A DNA stretch of 51,542 bases from Abditibacteriaceae bacterium (GTDB lineage: Bacteria > Armatimonadota > Abditibacteriia > Abditibacteriales > Abditibacteriaceae). Every line of letters begins with the position of its first letter. The stretch's first letter is position 1. Shown here in pieces: positions 1 to 9,368 of this stretch. The stretch covers positions 1-51,542 of the forward strand of contig JANMKN010000255.1 in the NCBI GenBank assembly GCA_031372065.1, read 5' to 3'. The notes under the pieces are model-generated. The model was not told the origin of the DNA, made no database searches, and was given only the letters and a program-made list of their open reading frames with translations. The translations under genes were made by a program, and so were the position numbers.

Positions 1-49
1 CCCCTCTCCCCGCGCAGCGGATCGGGGGAGAGGGGCCGGGGGTGAGGGG
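1..49. repeat. REP-like palindromic element (CCCCTCTCCC...GGGAGAGGGG-CCGGGGGTGAGGGG type), possibly cut by the window edge
   Basis: 11-bp inverted repeat cccctctcccc (1-11) / ggggagagggg (25-35) followed by ccgggggtgagggg; intergenic. Confidence 0.65.
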
Positions 50-63
50 CTTAAGTTCATGCC

Positions 64-125
64 TATGGGAGCGCGGGCGTCTCTTTCGCATTTAAATTTT
101 GCGGGCGCGGCGCCCGCGCTCCATA
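64..125. repeat. REP/REPIN-like inverted repeat downstream of the PBP gene (may also terminate transcription)
   Basis: ggagcgcgggcg (68-79) pairs perfectly with cgcccgcgctcc (111-122) around an AT-rich centre. Confidence 0.6.
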
Positions 126-140
126 ACGGTTTTCTGTTCC

Positions 141-2687
141 TTAAAACCCGCTACGCGGCGCAGGCGCACTTTCGCCGGGTTGCACGATAATGACATCGTC
201 GTCGTTGCTGTGTCCGCGCGACCTTGTGCCGTCCGAATGAATAATCACATCGCTGCGTTCTTCAACTTGTGGAACGGGAGATGTGGAGGTCTTGGGTGGT
301 GGTGAAGTGGTGCGTTCTCCGGCATCGGCGGCGGGTTGGTCAAGCCATTGCCCATCGTCCGCAGGCGTGCGCGAAGTTGGTTTGTCCCGGCTTTGCGAGC
401 CATCAAAACCCAGATCGCCGCGTTTGGCGCGCGGTTTGTAATCGTCGCCTAAAATGCGCGTTTCGGTGGCTTTTGGCACATGAACATAGCAAGTTTCTTG
501 AGGCACGCCGCTGGCGACAGAATAAACCATAACCCGTGTTGACGGGCAGGCGCTTGTTGCCACAAGGCCCGTTTCGTCGCACAGGCGCACGCGAATGACC
601 TTCATGTTTTGCTTGGCGCTTTCGCGGCTTTGTTCGGTTAGGCGCGCATCTTCGATCAAATCTTCGGTTTTATTGCGTTTCTTCCAGAAGTCGGTGGCCT
701 GCTCCATATAACGGCGCCATACCGGAGCGCACCATTTGCCACCCGCCGAATTGCCGCCCAAATCGCGCGGCTTATCGTAACCAATCCACACGCCTGCCAC
801 GAGTTTGCTGGTGGCGCCCATAAACCACACGTCTTTGTTGGAACTGGTCGTGCCGGTTTTCCCGATGACATCTTTGGCGAAATTGGCTTTCCTTCCGGTG
901 CCATCGGTCACAACATAACGCAGCATTTGCCACATTTTTTCGCCGGCGTCCTTGCTCATTACACGCGAGCCGCGCACCGGATGAGCGTGATCTATCAGCA
1001 ATTCTCCGGTGGCGCTTTCCACGCGCTCCACGGGTGTCGGCTCGGCGCGCAAACCCTTTGTGGCGAATACGCCGTAGCCCGAAACGTGTTCCAAGAGCGT
1101 AATTTCACTGGCGCCCAACGCCAGCGACGCATAGGGCGTGAGGTTGCTTTGGATGCCCATTAAATGCGCTTTTTGAATGACCGAGCCGGTGCCCACTTTT
1201 AACATCACGCGGGTCGCGGCCACGTTATTCGACATCCCAATCGCCGATAAAAACGAAATTTTGCCGTGGTGGGTATGGTCATAGTTGCGCACTTCTTTGC
1301 CGCCTGAGTTCACTTCGCGCACGCCGTTGGTGCGCATGGTGCTATCTACAACTGCCGAATCAGGGTTATAACCTGCTTCCATCGCGGCAGCGTAAACATA
1401 AGGCTTAAAGGTTGAGCCGCACTGACGTTTGGCTTGCACAGCGCGGTTGAATTCGCCGTTGTGCGCCTTATCATAATAATCGCGGCCTCCGACCATTGCG
1501 ATAACGTGGCCCGTCCACGGATCAATCGAAACCAGCGCGCCTTGCAATTTGCCATCGCCTAAACGATTTAATTGCCTGATAAGTGCTTGTTCGGCTTCTT
1601 CTTGCAATTTCGGTTCTATTGTGGTGACGATTTTCAAGCCGCCTTTGCGCAGGGTGGCTTCATCAATGTTGTATTGCTTGAGATAAGTTTTGACATAGGC
1701 CACGAAATAAGGATATTTCCAGCGTTCGGGCGTGCGTTTTTCGCGGCTGCGGCGCCGTGCGCTGCGTTCGACGGTGCGTTGCACGGAAGCGTCGTTGGCT
1801 GCCGCGAAATATTGGGCGCGCGTGATGAAACCGTTGTCCACCATTTCGTTCAACACGATTTTCTGGCGCTTTTTGGCGTGTTCAAACTGCTCAAACGGGT
1901 CGTAATACGTCGGACGCTGGGGCAAACCGGCCAAGAGTGCGGCTTCGCCTACAGAAAGGCTGTCGGAACTTTTGCCAAAGTAGATTTGCGAGGCGGCTTC
2001 GCAACCATAAGCGCCATTGCCGTAATAAATTTCGTTGACGTAAAGCTCGATAATCTCATCTTTGCTATAGCGTTTTTCCAGTTGCAAGGCCAAAAGTGCG
2101 GCTTGCAAGCGCCGCGAAACGCTTTTGGTGCGCGTTTGATACAAGTTGACAGCTAACTGTTCGGTGATGGTCGAGCCGCCTTGCGCGGCGCGCCCGCTTT
2201 TGTAGTTAGCCAAAGCCGCGCCTGCCAAACGTTTGGCATCCATGCCGGGATGACGATAAAAGCGCGCGTCTTCAATTGAAAGCGTGGCCTTCAATACATT
2301 GCGCACATTGTCGGCTTTGTCTTCCGGCGATGTATAATGCGGCCATTTTTGAGAGTCTTTGACCAGTTCGCTAAAGGGCTTCCAAATGCGGTCTTCGCCT
2401 TTGATTTCGGCCAGCAGCGTTTTGCCATCGGCGGCATAAATGCGTGTGGTTTCGGCTTTGGTGCGCGTTTGTATCAGGCGCGAATCGGGCACAACTTTTT
2501 CGAGTTCTTTGTAAAGCCCGTAGCCCACCGCCGCGACAGCGACGACCACGCAAAAAACCGTGAGCGCAATGGTGTAGAAAAACCACTTCAAATACCACCA
2601 AAACGAATGTCGCACTTTGGGCGGCTTGACGGGTGGCAAAGTCGAAGGATGAGAGCCGGGTGAAACCGGCGAAGGAACGGCAGCCAT
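141..2687 (-). CDS. Class A penicillin-binding protein (PBP1A family transglycosylase/transpeptidase)
   Basis: N-terminal TM helix; GT51 motifs EDARFYRHPG, QGGSTITEQL, YVNEIYYG; transpeptidase motifs STFK, SNN, KTG. Confidence 0.95.
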   Translation of the reverse strand: MAAVPSPVSPGSHPSTLPPVKPPKVRHSFWWYLKWFFYTIALTVFCVVVAVAAVGYGLYKELEKVVPDSRLIQTRTKAETTRIYAADGKTLLAEIKGEDRIWKPFSELVKDSQKWPHYTSPEDKADNVRNVLKATLSIEDARFYRHPGMDAKRLAGAALANYKSGRAAQGGSTITEQLAVNLYQTRTKSVSRRLQAALLALQLEKRYSKDEIIELYVNEIYYGNGAYGCEAASQIYFGKSSDSLSVGEAALLAGLPQRPTYYDPFEQFEHAKKRQKIVLNEMVDNGFITRAQYFAAANDASVQRTVERSARRRSREKRTPERWKYPYFVAYVKTYLKQYNIDEATLRKGGLKIVTTIEPKLQEEAEQALIRQLNRLGDGKLQGALVSIDPWTGHVIAMVGGRDYYDKAHNGEFNRAVQAKRQCGSTFKPYVYAAAMEAGYNPDSAVVDSTMRTNGVREVNSGGKEVRNYDHTHHGKISFLSAIGMSNNVAATRVMLKVGTGSVIQKAHLMGIQSNLTPYASLALGASEITLLEHVSGYGVFATKGLRAEPTPVERVESATGELLIDHAHPVRGSRVMSKDAGEKMWQMLRYVVTDGTGRKANFAKDVIGKTGTTSSNKDVWFMGATSKLVAGVWIGYDKPRDLGGNSAGGKWCAPVWRRYMEQATDFWKKRNKTEDLIEDARLTEQSRESAKQNMKVIRVRLCDETGLVATSACPSTRVMVYSVASGVPQETCYVHVPKATETRILGDDYKPRAKRGDLGFDGSQSRDKPTSRTPADDGQWLDQPAADAGERTTSPPPKTSTSPVPQVEERSDVIIHSDGTRSRGHSNDDDVIIVQPGESAPAPRSGF

Positions 2688-2766
2688 ATTAATAAATCTC
2701 CTGCGGTGCCCGCAGAACTACACTACGGGATTGCTGGCCCGCAAACTGGCATCGGGCATCTCCCAA

Positions 2767-2808
2767 AGTATAGCAAGCCTGTTTAAAGTGCCCGCGCACT
2801 CAAGTGTC
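2767..2808 (-). promoter_or_regulatory. Putative promoter of the PBP gene: extended -10 (TGcTATACT) plus upstream 16-bp motif GACACTTGAGTGCGCG
   Basis: Minus-strand TATACT at 2772-2767 preceded by TGC; the 16-bp motif at 2793-2808 is identical to 42134-42149 and lies the same 20 nt from the -10 hexamer. Confidence 0.5.
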
Positions 2809-2844
2809 CCGCCTACTTTTTCGCCGTTTGGGACAATCCTTATC

Positions 2845-2984
2845 TGCCGGTCGGCTGCTCCTAAAATGCTCAGGAGCATCTCCTGAGCATTTTAGGCTCT
2901 CCCAAAATGCTTAGGAGCAGCCGACCGGCACTTTTGGAGAGTCCAAAAGTGCCAAGGAGCAGCCGACCGGCACTTTGGGAGAGC
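2845..2984. repeat. Palindromic intergenic repeat lattice with 42-bp (2x21) direct period (array A)
   Basis: Perfect 20-bp inverted repeat 2845-2864 / 2911-2930; 17-bp inverted repeat 2860-2876 / 2880-2896; ggagcagccgaccggcac recurs at 2914 and 2956. Confidence 0.85.
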
Positions 2985-3007
2985 GCTTACCTTTTAAACT
3001 ACTCGCC

Positions 3008-4039
3008 ATGAGCGAGACAAAAAGAACTATTCGTTGGGGCATTATCGGTTGCGGCGACGTGTGCGAAGTCAAAAGCGGGCCGGGTTTTCAGCAGGCGGAA
3101 AATTCAGAACTCGTGGCCGTCATGCGCCGCGATGCGGACAAAGCGCGCGATTTTGCCGCGCGTCATAACGTGCCGCGCTGGTATGACGACGCGCAGCAAT
3201 TAATTGATGACGCCGACGTGGATGCGGTTTACATTGCCACGCCGCCGTCTTCGCATGAAGAATACGTCGTGCGCGTTGCTTTGGCGGGCAAGCCGATATA
3301 TGTCGAAAAACCGATGGCGCGCAATTTTCCAGAATGCCAGCGCATGATAAAAGCCGCTCAAAACGCGCAAATGCCGCTTTTCGTGGCCTATTATCGCCGC
3401 GCTTTGCCGCGTTTTCTGAAAGTGCAGGAGATTTTGCAAAACGGTGGCATCGGCGACATTCGCGCCGTGACCTGCCAGCAAAGGCAGCAGTCGCAGTTCA
3501 CCGATGCGCGCAGCGGGCGCTCAATGCAGGCCGACGATTTACCGTGGCGCGTGCGTCCTGACATCGCAGGCGCCGGCTTGTTTTTGGATTTGGCCGCGCA
3601 CACTTTGGACTTGCTTGATTTTCTATTGGGGCCAATGGCCGAGGTCAGCGGCACGGCGTTGAATCAAGGGCAATTTTATGCAGCGGAAGACATCGTAACC
3701 GGCCATTGGCAGCACCAAAACGGCATTTTGGGCACAGGAATCTGGTGTTTTAACGCCGGAGACAATTATGAGATGAACGAAATCATCGGTTCGCGCGGAC
3801 GCCTACGCTTTTCGACGTTCGGTAATCAGCCTGTGGAATGGCACAGCGAAAATGGCCTGCGAACTTTCGATATTGCGCATCCGCCCCACATTCAGCAACC
3901 GCTCATTCAAACGATTGTGAACCAATTAAACGGAGTAGGGACGTGTCCGAGCCACGGCGAAAGCGCCGCGCGCACCAGTTGGGTGATGGATCAGTTCTTG
4001 GAATCGTATCGTGCTTATGTCGCTTACGATGCCAATTGA
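3008..4039 (+). CDS. Gfo/Idh/MocA family oxidoreductase
   Basis: WGIIGCG Rossmann motif, VYIATPP, VEKPMA, DLAAH; ATG at 3008 preferred over the TTG inside the repeat. Confidence 0.92.
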   Translation: MSETKRTIRWGIIGCGDVCEVKSGPGFQQAENSELVAVMRRDADKARDFAARHNVPRWYDDAQQLIDDADVDAVYIATPPSSHEEYVVRVALAGKPIYVEKPMARNFPECQRMIKAAQNAQMPLFVAYYRRALPRFLKVQEILQNGGIGDIRAVTCQQRQQSQFTDARSGRSMQADDLPWRVRPDIAGAGLFLDLAAHTLDLLDFLLGPMAEVSGTALNQGQFYAAEDIVTGHWQHQNGILGTGIWCFNAGDNYEMNEIIGSRGRLRFSTFGNQPVEWHSENGLRTFDIAHPPHIQQPLIQTIVNQLNGVGTCPSHGESAARTSWVMDQFLESYRAYVAYDAN

Positions 4040-4129
4040 ACGCGAAGACAGAACTGTCCTAAACGGGCGATGTTAGGATGGGAATGTTATGCTTTTGTGT
4101 GTTAAAAACAAAGCATTTCTCTTTCAACC

Positions 4130-5092
4130 ATGAACGTTCGACTTCTTGATTTTTTGGCCGACCCCAACGATGGCGGCCCACTGGAACTGCATCCTTTTGC
4201 CGGAAGCGCGAATCAAATCCGCACTGGCGTTTTGACGAATCCACAAAACGGGCGCTGGTATCCGATTCGCGACGGCATTCCCACGCTTTTTGGCGACGAA
4301 TTGCGCGTGGGAGCCGCTTTGCGCGAGGGCGACGCAGCTTTCGTGGCGCGTTACAAAACGCAACTCGAAGCCGCCGGTTGTAATTTGAGTGACATCGAAG
4401 ACTCTGGAGGCCCCAAGAATGCCTTGGGCGATTTTGCGCGTATGGAAAGCGAGCGCCGCGCCCGCGATGAGCAAGCGCAAAGTTACGACCAAATGCTCGG
4501 TTTAAAATTCTACGAGCGCGTCGAAATTCCGGCTTATCAAAAAGCTGTCGGGCCGGCGCATGACCTGCCGCTTCTCGAAGCCGGCTGCGGCACGGGGCGC
4601 TTTACCGGCGTGTTCGCTGACCTTGCACGCGAAGTGGTGGCTGTTGATTTATCGCGCGATTCCATTTTGCGCAATCGTGTGCGCCACACCGCCAAAACCG
4701 CCGCGCCGGTTTATTATGTTCACGCCGATTTGACGCATTTGCCTTGCAAAGACGATGTTTTTGGGCGCATCGCGCACTGCGGCGTTTATGAGCATATTCC
4801 TTCGCGCGACTTGCGCTTGCAGTTTCTGGGTCACGCGCGACGCGTTCTCAAAAGCGGCGGCACGCTGCTGCTGACAGCTTATCGCTACGGCGGCATCACC
4901 AAACTTTTTGAAAAAGAAGGCGAACACAGCGGCGGCATTCCCTTTATCCGCTTCACCGAAGACGAATTGAAAGGCGAACTCGAAGATTACTTCAACATCA
5001 CGCATTTTCAAGAAAACCTCGGCGTTTATATGTCGCTGATTCTCGCCCAGCCCCGCAAATTCGCCAACTGGCAATATGATGCGATGATTTAG
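4130..5092 (+). CDS. Trm112-like domain fused to class I SAM-dependent methyltransferase
   Basis: N-terminal LLDFLADP...YPIRDGIPTL (Trm112/YcaR-like); LEAGCGTGRF motif I; ADLTHLP; RVLKSGG. Confidence 0.8.
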   Translation: MNVRLLDFLADPNDGGPLELHPFAGSANQIRTGVLTNPQNGRWYPIRDGIPTLFGDELRVGAALREGDAAFVARYKTQLEAAGCNLSDIEDSGGPKNALGDFARMESERRARDEQAQSYDQMLGLKFYERVEIPAYQKAVGPAHDLPLLEAGCGTGRFTGVFADLAREVVAVDLSRDSILRNRVRHTAKTAAPVYYVHADLTHLPCKDDVFGRIAHCGVYEHIPSRDLRLQFLGHARRVLKSGGTLLLTAYRYGGITKLFEKEGEHSGGIPFIRFTEDELKGELEDYFNITHFQENLGVYMSLILAQPRKFANWQYDAMI

Positions 5093-5098
5093 GAATGG

Positions 5099-5118
5099 AC
5101 CACGGATTCATCCGTGGT
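5099..5118. repeat. Short intergenic hairpin
   Basis: accacggat-tc-atccgtggt, perfect 9-bp stem between two co-oriented genes. Confidence 0.45.
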
Positions 5119-5130
5119 TCAATTTTTGTA

Positions 5131-7503
5131 ATGCGCCGTTTTCTTCGTTCGTTTCTTTGGCTTGTTTGTGCTTTTGTGCTGGCGACTAAAGTTGTCGAAT
5201 GGACAACTGAGGCGTGGTTTTTTGAGGAATTAGGCTATTTTCCCGTTTTTCGGCGTTTGATGTTGATGCGCGGCGCGCTTTTTGGCAGTGGCACCGCGTT
5301 TTCGGCATTGCTTTTGTGGCTGAATTTGCGACACGCAAAACGCGTGGTGGCGTGGCAGCGCATTATTCCGGCACAGCGTTTAATTCCGCTGCACGACAAG
5401 CGCATTTTAAACCGTTTTCGGCGCTTTTGGGCAAGTGCGGCGCTGCTATTTCTCGTGATCTTAAGCGGCTCCTACGCCGCTGTGCATGATTTAGTCGTCT
5501 GGCACACGTTGGCTTTTGAAAACACGGGAATCATTGATCCCATTTTCGGACGCGACCTCGCCTTTTATCTTTTTCAACTGCCCGCGCTGAACTTCCTTTG
5601 GACGTTTGTCTTCATCCTTTTATGGATGAATTTGCTGCTCGTGGCGCTGATTTATGCCTACGAAGATGTGTGGCAAACGCGCGGGCGCATTTCGACAATC
5701 TCGCCCGAAGGCACGCGCCATTTATCTACGTTAGTCGCAGCGCTTTTGCTCTGGAAGGCCCTCGGTTATCGCCTCAGCGCGTGGAATATGATTACCGCAC
5801 GCGGCGAACCACTGGGCGGCCTCGATTATACAGCGCTGCATTTCCGCTTGCCGATTTTTGTTCCTTTGGCTGTTTTCGCCGTGCTTGCCGCGCTTGCTTT
5901 GTGGCGTGCCAGCCGACTCAAAGCAAATGAAACACGCGCCGCGCGCCGGGTTTTGCTTTTTTGGGCAGGGGCCAATTTGTTTTTGGGCACGCTCGTGCCA
6001 CTTTCTATAGAAAACATTTATGTCAAACCGCGCCGTGATATTTTCGCACCAACGTTACTCGAACAGCGCCGCGAGGCCACACGCACTGCTTTTTCTATCC
6101 ATAATGTGCGCGAAGCAGATTTTCGGGCTGATTGGAACGATCTCGAATCCAATGTGCCGTTGTGGACACCGGAATTTTTAAAAACCTATTTCAATCGAAC
6201 GCAGCGGCGCGGCGACGATTTTATCATCGGCTCCGCGCATTTTGATCGCTACCAAATTGATGGCGCCCCGCGCACCGTTTTCGTGGCGCCGCGCGAAGCA
6301 ACGGGCAATGGCATCGGCAACGATTTAATTTTTTGCGATGCCACCAAAATTTCGCTCGACGGCCAACCTTTGATTTACGACGCGGCGCATTTTCCCGAAG
6401 TGCGCGCCGGACATCCCGAAATCGTTTTTGGCAGTGGACAAACTGAACTGCCGCCAGATTTTTTATCACGTGGGCGCAATGCCATCCCCGATTTCTGGCA
6501 GCGCCAAGCCGTCAGCGCCGAACCAACGCCTTACAGCTTAATCTCGTCCGAAAAATATCAATTTGGTCTTAATCTAAAACCGTTTTGGCGCCGTTTTTTG
6601 CTGTCGTGGCGCTTTTTTGACAAGCGTTTGCTCGGCGCGCAAAACCAAAAACTGATTTGGCATCGCCAAGTTGTCGAGCGCTGCAAACAAATCGCGCCCT
6701 ATTTCGTTTACGGCGAGCCGCGCCCGGCTTTATTGCAAGGGCGCATCGTTTGGCTGATTGCGGCGCATAGCGTGGCCGATTCGTATCCTTTGGCTTTTGC
6801 CTCGCAAAATTCCAAAATTAATTATTTGCGCACCGGCGCGGTGGCCGTAGTGGATGCTTACGACGGCGGCGTTCAATTCTTTGCTTTAGACGAAAGCGAT
6901 TGTCTTTTGCAAGCGCATCGCCGACTTTTTCCTGAGATTTTTCAGGATTTCTCCCTGATGCCCACCGATTTGCGCGCTCATTTAGCGCTTTCGCCGTTGC
7001 AATTTGCCGCGCAAAGCGATTTGTGGGCGCGCGTTTTGGCACCTTCGCCGGACGAAATTCTTCAAAAAAAACCGCTCGTGCCAACTTCGCTGCGCCAAGC
7101 CGTGCCGTGGAACAATACGCAAACTGTTGCGCAGGCGGCGACACCATTTTTCGCTGCGCATAATCTGCATTGGATACAGCTTTTTTCCGAAGAAACCCAA
7201 TTTAGCGACGAAAAATCGCTTTCGACGCCTGTAAACGCTGCTTTGGTAGGCGAAATGACGAACGGTCAGCCGCAATTGCGCTTTTGGCGCGCGAAAAATG
7301 CGATTTCCTTGCCCCAAATACCCGAAAAAGGTCTGTTTTCCTTCAATTCGGTGCTTATCGGCGACGAATTGCTGATGCGGGGCGTGCAAATCCCCTTTCT
7401 TAATCGCCCACTTTATGCCTTCTGGTTTAGCGGTAAAAGCGGCTTTCAACAGGATTTAACGGCTTTGATAGCGGCGAAATGGAGCGGGAAAGGTAGGAAT
7501 TGA
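5131..7503 (+). CDS. UPF0182 family membrane protein (divergent)
   Basis: WFFEELGY, DPIFGRDLAFYLFQLP, TRTAF, DRYQIDG, INYLR..VAVVDAYDG; several N-terminal TM helices. Confidence 0.8.
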   Translation: MRRFLRSFLWLVCAFVLATKVVEWTTEAWFFEELGYFPVFRRLMLMRGALFGSGTAFSALLLWLNLRHAKRVVAWQRIIPAQRLIPLHDKRILNRFRRFWASAALLFLVILSGSYAAVHDLVVWHTLAFENTGIIDPIFGRDLAFYLFQLPALNFLWTFVFILLWMNLLLVALIYAYEDVWQTRGRISTISPEGTRHLSTLVAALLLWKALGYRLSAWNMITARGEPLGGLDYTALHFRLPIFVPLAVFAVLAALALWRASRLKANETRAARRVLLFWAGANLFLGTLVPLSIENIYVKPRRDIFAPTLLEQRREATRTAFSIHNVREADFRADWNDLESNVPLWTPEFLKTYFNRTQRRGDDFIIGSAHFDRYQIDGAPRTVFVAPREATGNGIGNDLIFCDATKISLDGQPLIYDAAHFPEVRAGHPEIVFGSGQTELPPDFLSRGRNAIPDFWQRQAVSAEPTPYSLISSEKYQFGLNLKPFWRRFLLSWRFFDKRLLGAQNQKLIWHRQVVERCKQIAPYFVYGEPRPALLQGRIVWLIAAHSVADSYPLAFASQNSKINYLRTGAVAVVDAYDGGVQFFALDESDCLLQAHRRLFPEIFQDFSLMPTDLRAHLALSPLQFAAQSDLWARVLAPSPDEILQKKPLVPTSLRQAVPWNNTQTVAQAATPFFAAHNLHWIQLFSEETQFSDEKSLSTPVNAALVGEMTNGQPQLRFWRAKNAISLPQIPEKGLFSFNSVLIGDELLMRGVQIPFLNRPLYAFWFSGKSGFQQDLTALIAAKWSGKGRN

Positions 7504-7598
7504 GGAACGCAGATTGCAAACAGCCGTTGATGCGTTGTCTTTTCCGACCTGAGTGGTAGACTTAAAAGACAAGTCCTCATACGGACAGAAAGTGCATC

Positions 7599-8375
7599 AT
7601 GGACGACAATAAAAAACAGGAGCTTCAAGCGCTTAGTGAGCGCTTCGAGGTGGCGACACCGCAAAAGATTTTGCGCTGGGCCATCACGACCTACGGCGAG
7701 AAGTTGACGATGGCGACAGCCTTCGGAGCCGAAGGCTGCTGTTTGTTGCACATGATCGCGCAAATTCGAGACGACACGGGCATTGTGCCGGATATTTTCA
7801 ATTTGGACACGGGCTATCAATTCCCGCAAACGATGGCCTTGCGCCAGCGCATCCAAAAGAAATACGGCCTCAACATTCGCTTGGTGAGCAACGGGGAAAC
7901 GCCCAAAGAAATGGAAGCGCGTTTTGGCGGGCCGCTTTATAAAGAGCATCCCAGCCATTGCTGCCATTTGCGCAAAGTTGTGCCGCTGCGCGATGCTGTG
8001 CAAGGTTTCGACGCATGGATTACCGCAATTCGCCGCGAACAAACCCCCGAACGCGCTCGCACCTCAATTGTCGGCCAAGACCCGAAATTTGATTTTTTGG
8101 TCAAAGTCAGCCCGCTGGCGAATTGGACGAAGCAGCAAGTGTGGGATTACATCCGCGAATACGAAGTGCCGTATAATCCGCTGCATGATCAAGGTTTTCC
8201 CTCCATCGGTTGCTGGCCTTGCACCAAAGCGGTTAAGCCGGGCGAAGATGAGCGCGCCGGGCGTTGGGCTGGGCAAGACAAGCGCGAATGTGGCATTCAC
8301 ATTACCGTGGATGGCAAAATCGAACGCGAAGCCGAGCGCGGCGCCGTGGGCGCAGCAGTAGCGATGGCCGCGTAA
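7599..8375 (+). CDS. cysH: Adenylyl/phosphoadenylyl-sulfate reductase (CysH family, likely 4Fe-4S APS-reductase type)
   Basis: LDTGYQF, CCHLRKV..., GFPSIGCWPCT, ERAGRW, RECGIH. Confidence 0.93.
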   Translation: MDDNKKQELQALSERFEVATPQKILRWAITTYGEKLTMATAFGAEGCCLLHMIAQIRDDTGIVPDIFNLDTGYQFPQTMALRQRIQKKYGLNIRLVSNGETPKEMEARFGGPLYKEHPSHCCHLRKVVPLRDAVQGFDAWITAIRREQTPERARTSIVGQDPKFDFLVKVSPLANWTKQQVWDYIREYEVPYNPLHDQGFPSIGCWPCTKAVKPGEDERAGRWAGQDKRECGIHITVDGKIEREAERGAVGAAVAMAA

Positions 8376-8397
8376 AACAGGCAAAATTAGGGCAGTG

Positions 8398-8424
8398 AAA
8401 GCGAGGCCATTGGCCTCGCTTTTT
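8398..8424 (+). terminator. Rho-independent terminator after cysH
   Basis: aaagcgaggcca-t-tggcctcgc followed by a T-tract. Confidence 0.7.
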
Positions 8425-8475
8425 CGTGTTTGGTTTCAAAGAAGGGACACACGGCGTATTTCCCTGCAAATTATC

Positions 8476-9345
8476 ATGCTTAAAAATATTTTCAAAAAAG
8501 TCACCGCGCTGGTTTCGGGGCGCCAAATTGACGACGAAGTATTGGACGAACTCGAAGAACAACTCATTATGAGCGATGTTTCCATCGAAACTTCGACTTA
8601 TTTGGTGGAATCGCTGCGCGGCGCGGCCAAGCGCGGCGAAGTGCCAACTGATGGCGACATCGCCAAGTTTCTGCAACGCGAAATTTCGATTTTGCTCGGC
8701 GGCGGCGTGCATCCTTTGGTCACCAATCCGGGCGGCATCACGGTTTGGCTTTTTGTGGGCGTCAACGGCGCGGGAAAAACGACTTCGGTTGGTAAATTGG
8801 CGCATCGTTTGGCGCAGCAAGGCCACAAACCGCTTTTAGTGGCCGCCGACACTTTTCGCGCCGCCGCTGTGGAGCAATTGCAAGAATGGGGCAAACGCGC
8901 GGGCGTGCCGGTTATTGCGCAGCAGGCGGGCGCTGATCCGGCAGCGGTGGTTTTCGACGGCCTGCACGCCGCCAAAGCGCGCGGCTGCAACTATGTGTTG
9001 ATTGATACGGCGGGTCGCCTGCACACTAAATCGAATTTAATGAACGAACTGGCGAAAATCGCTCGCATTGTGCAACGCGAAACCGGCGAAGCGCCCGAAG
9101 AAACCTTGCTGGTTATTGATTCGACAACGGGCCAAAACGGGTTGAATCAAGCGCAAACTTTCACGCAAAGCGCGCCGCTTACGGGCCTGATTCTCACCAA
9201 ATGGGACGGCACGGCCAAAGGCGGCATTATTCTCAGTGTCACCAAAGAAACTGGCGTGCCCGTCAAACTCATCGGCGTCGGCGAGAAAATCGAAGATTTA
9301 CAAGTGTTCGATCCTGCCGAATTTGCCCAAGCGATGTTTGAGTGA
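8476..9345 (+). CDS. ftsY: Signal recognition particle receptor FtsY (NG domain only, no acidic A domain)
   Basis: [38 protein letters not shown] at 8476 lies downstream of the terminator. Confidence 0.95.
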   Translation: MLKNIFKKVTALVSGRQIDDEVLDELEEQLIMSDVSIETSTYLVESLRGAAKRGEVPTDGDIAKFLQREISILLGGGVHPLVTNPGGITVWLFVGVNGAGKTTSVGKLAHRLAQQGHKPLLVAADTFRAAAVEQLQEWGKRAGVPVIAQQAGADPAAVVFDGLHAAKARGCNYVLIDTAGRLHTKSNLMNELAKIARIVQRETGEAPEETLLVIDSTTGQNGLNQAQTFTQSAPLTGLILTKWDGTAKGGIILSVTKETGVPVKLIGVGEKIEDLQVFDPAEFAQAMFE

Positions 9346-9368
9346 TTCTTTGAACGAAAGCCGCGAAT

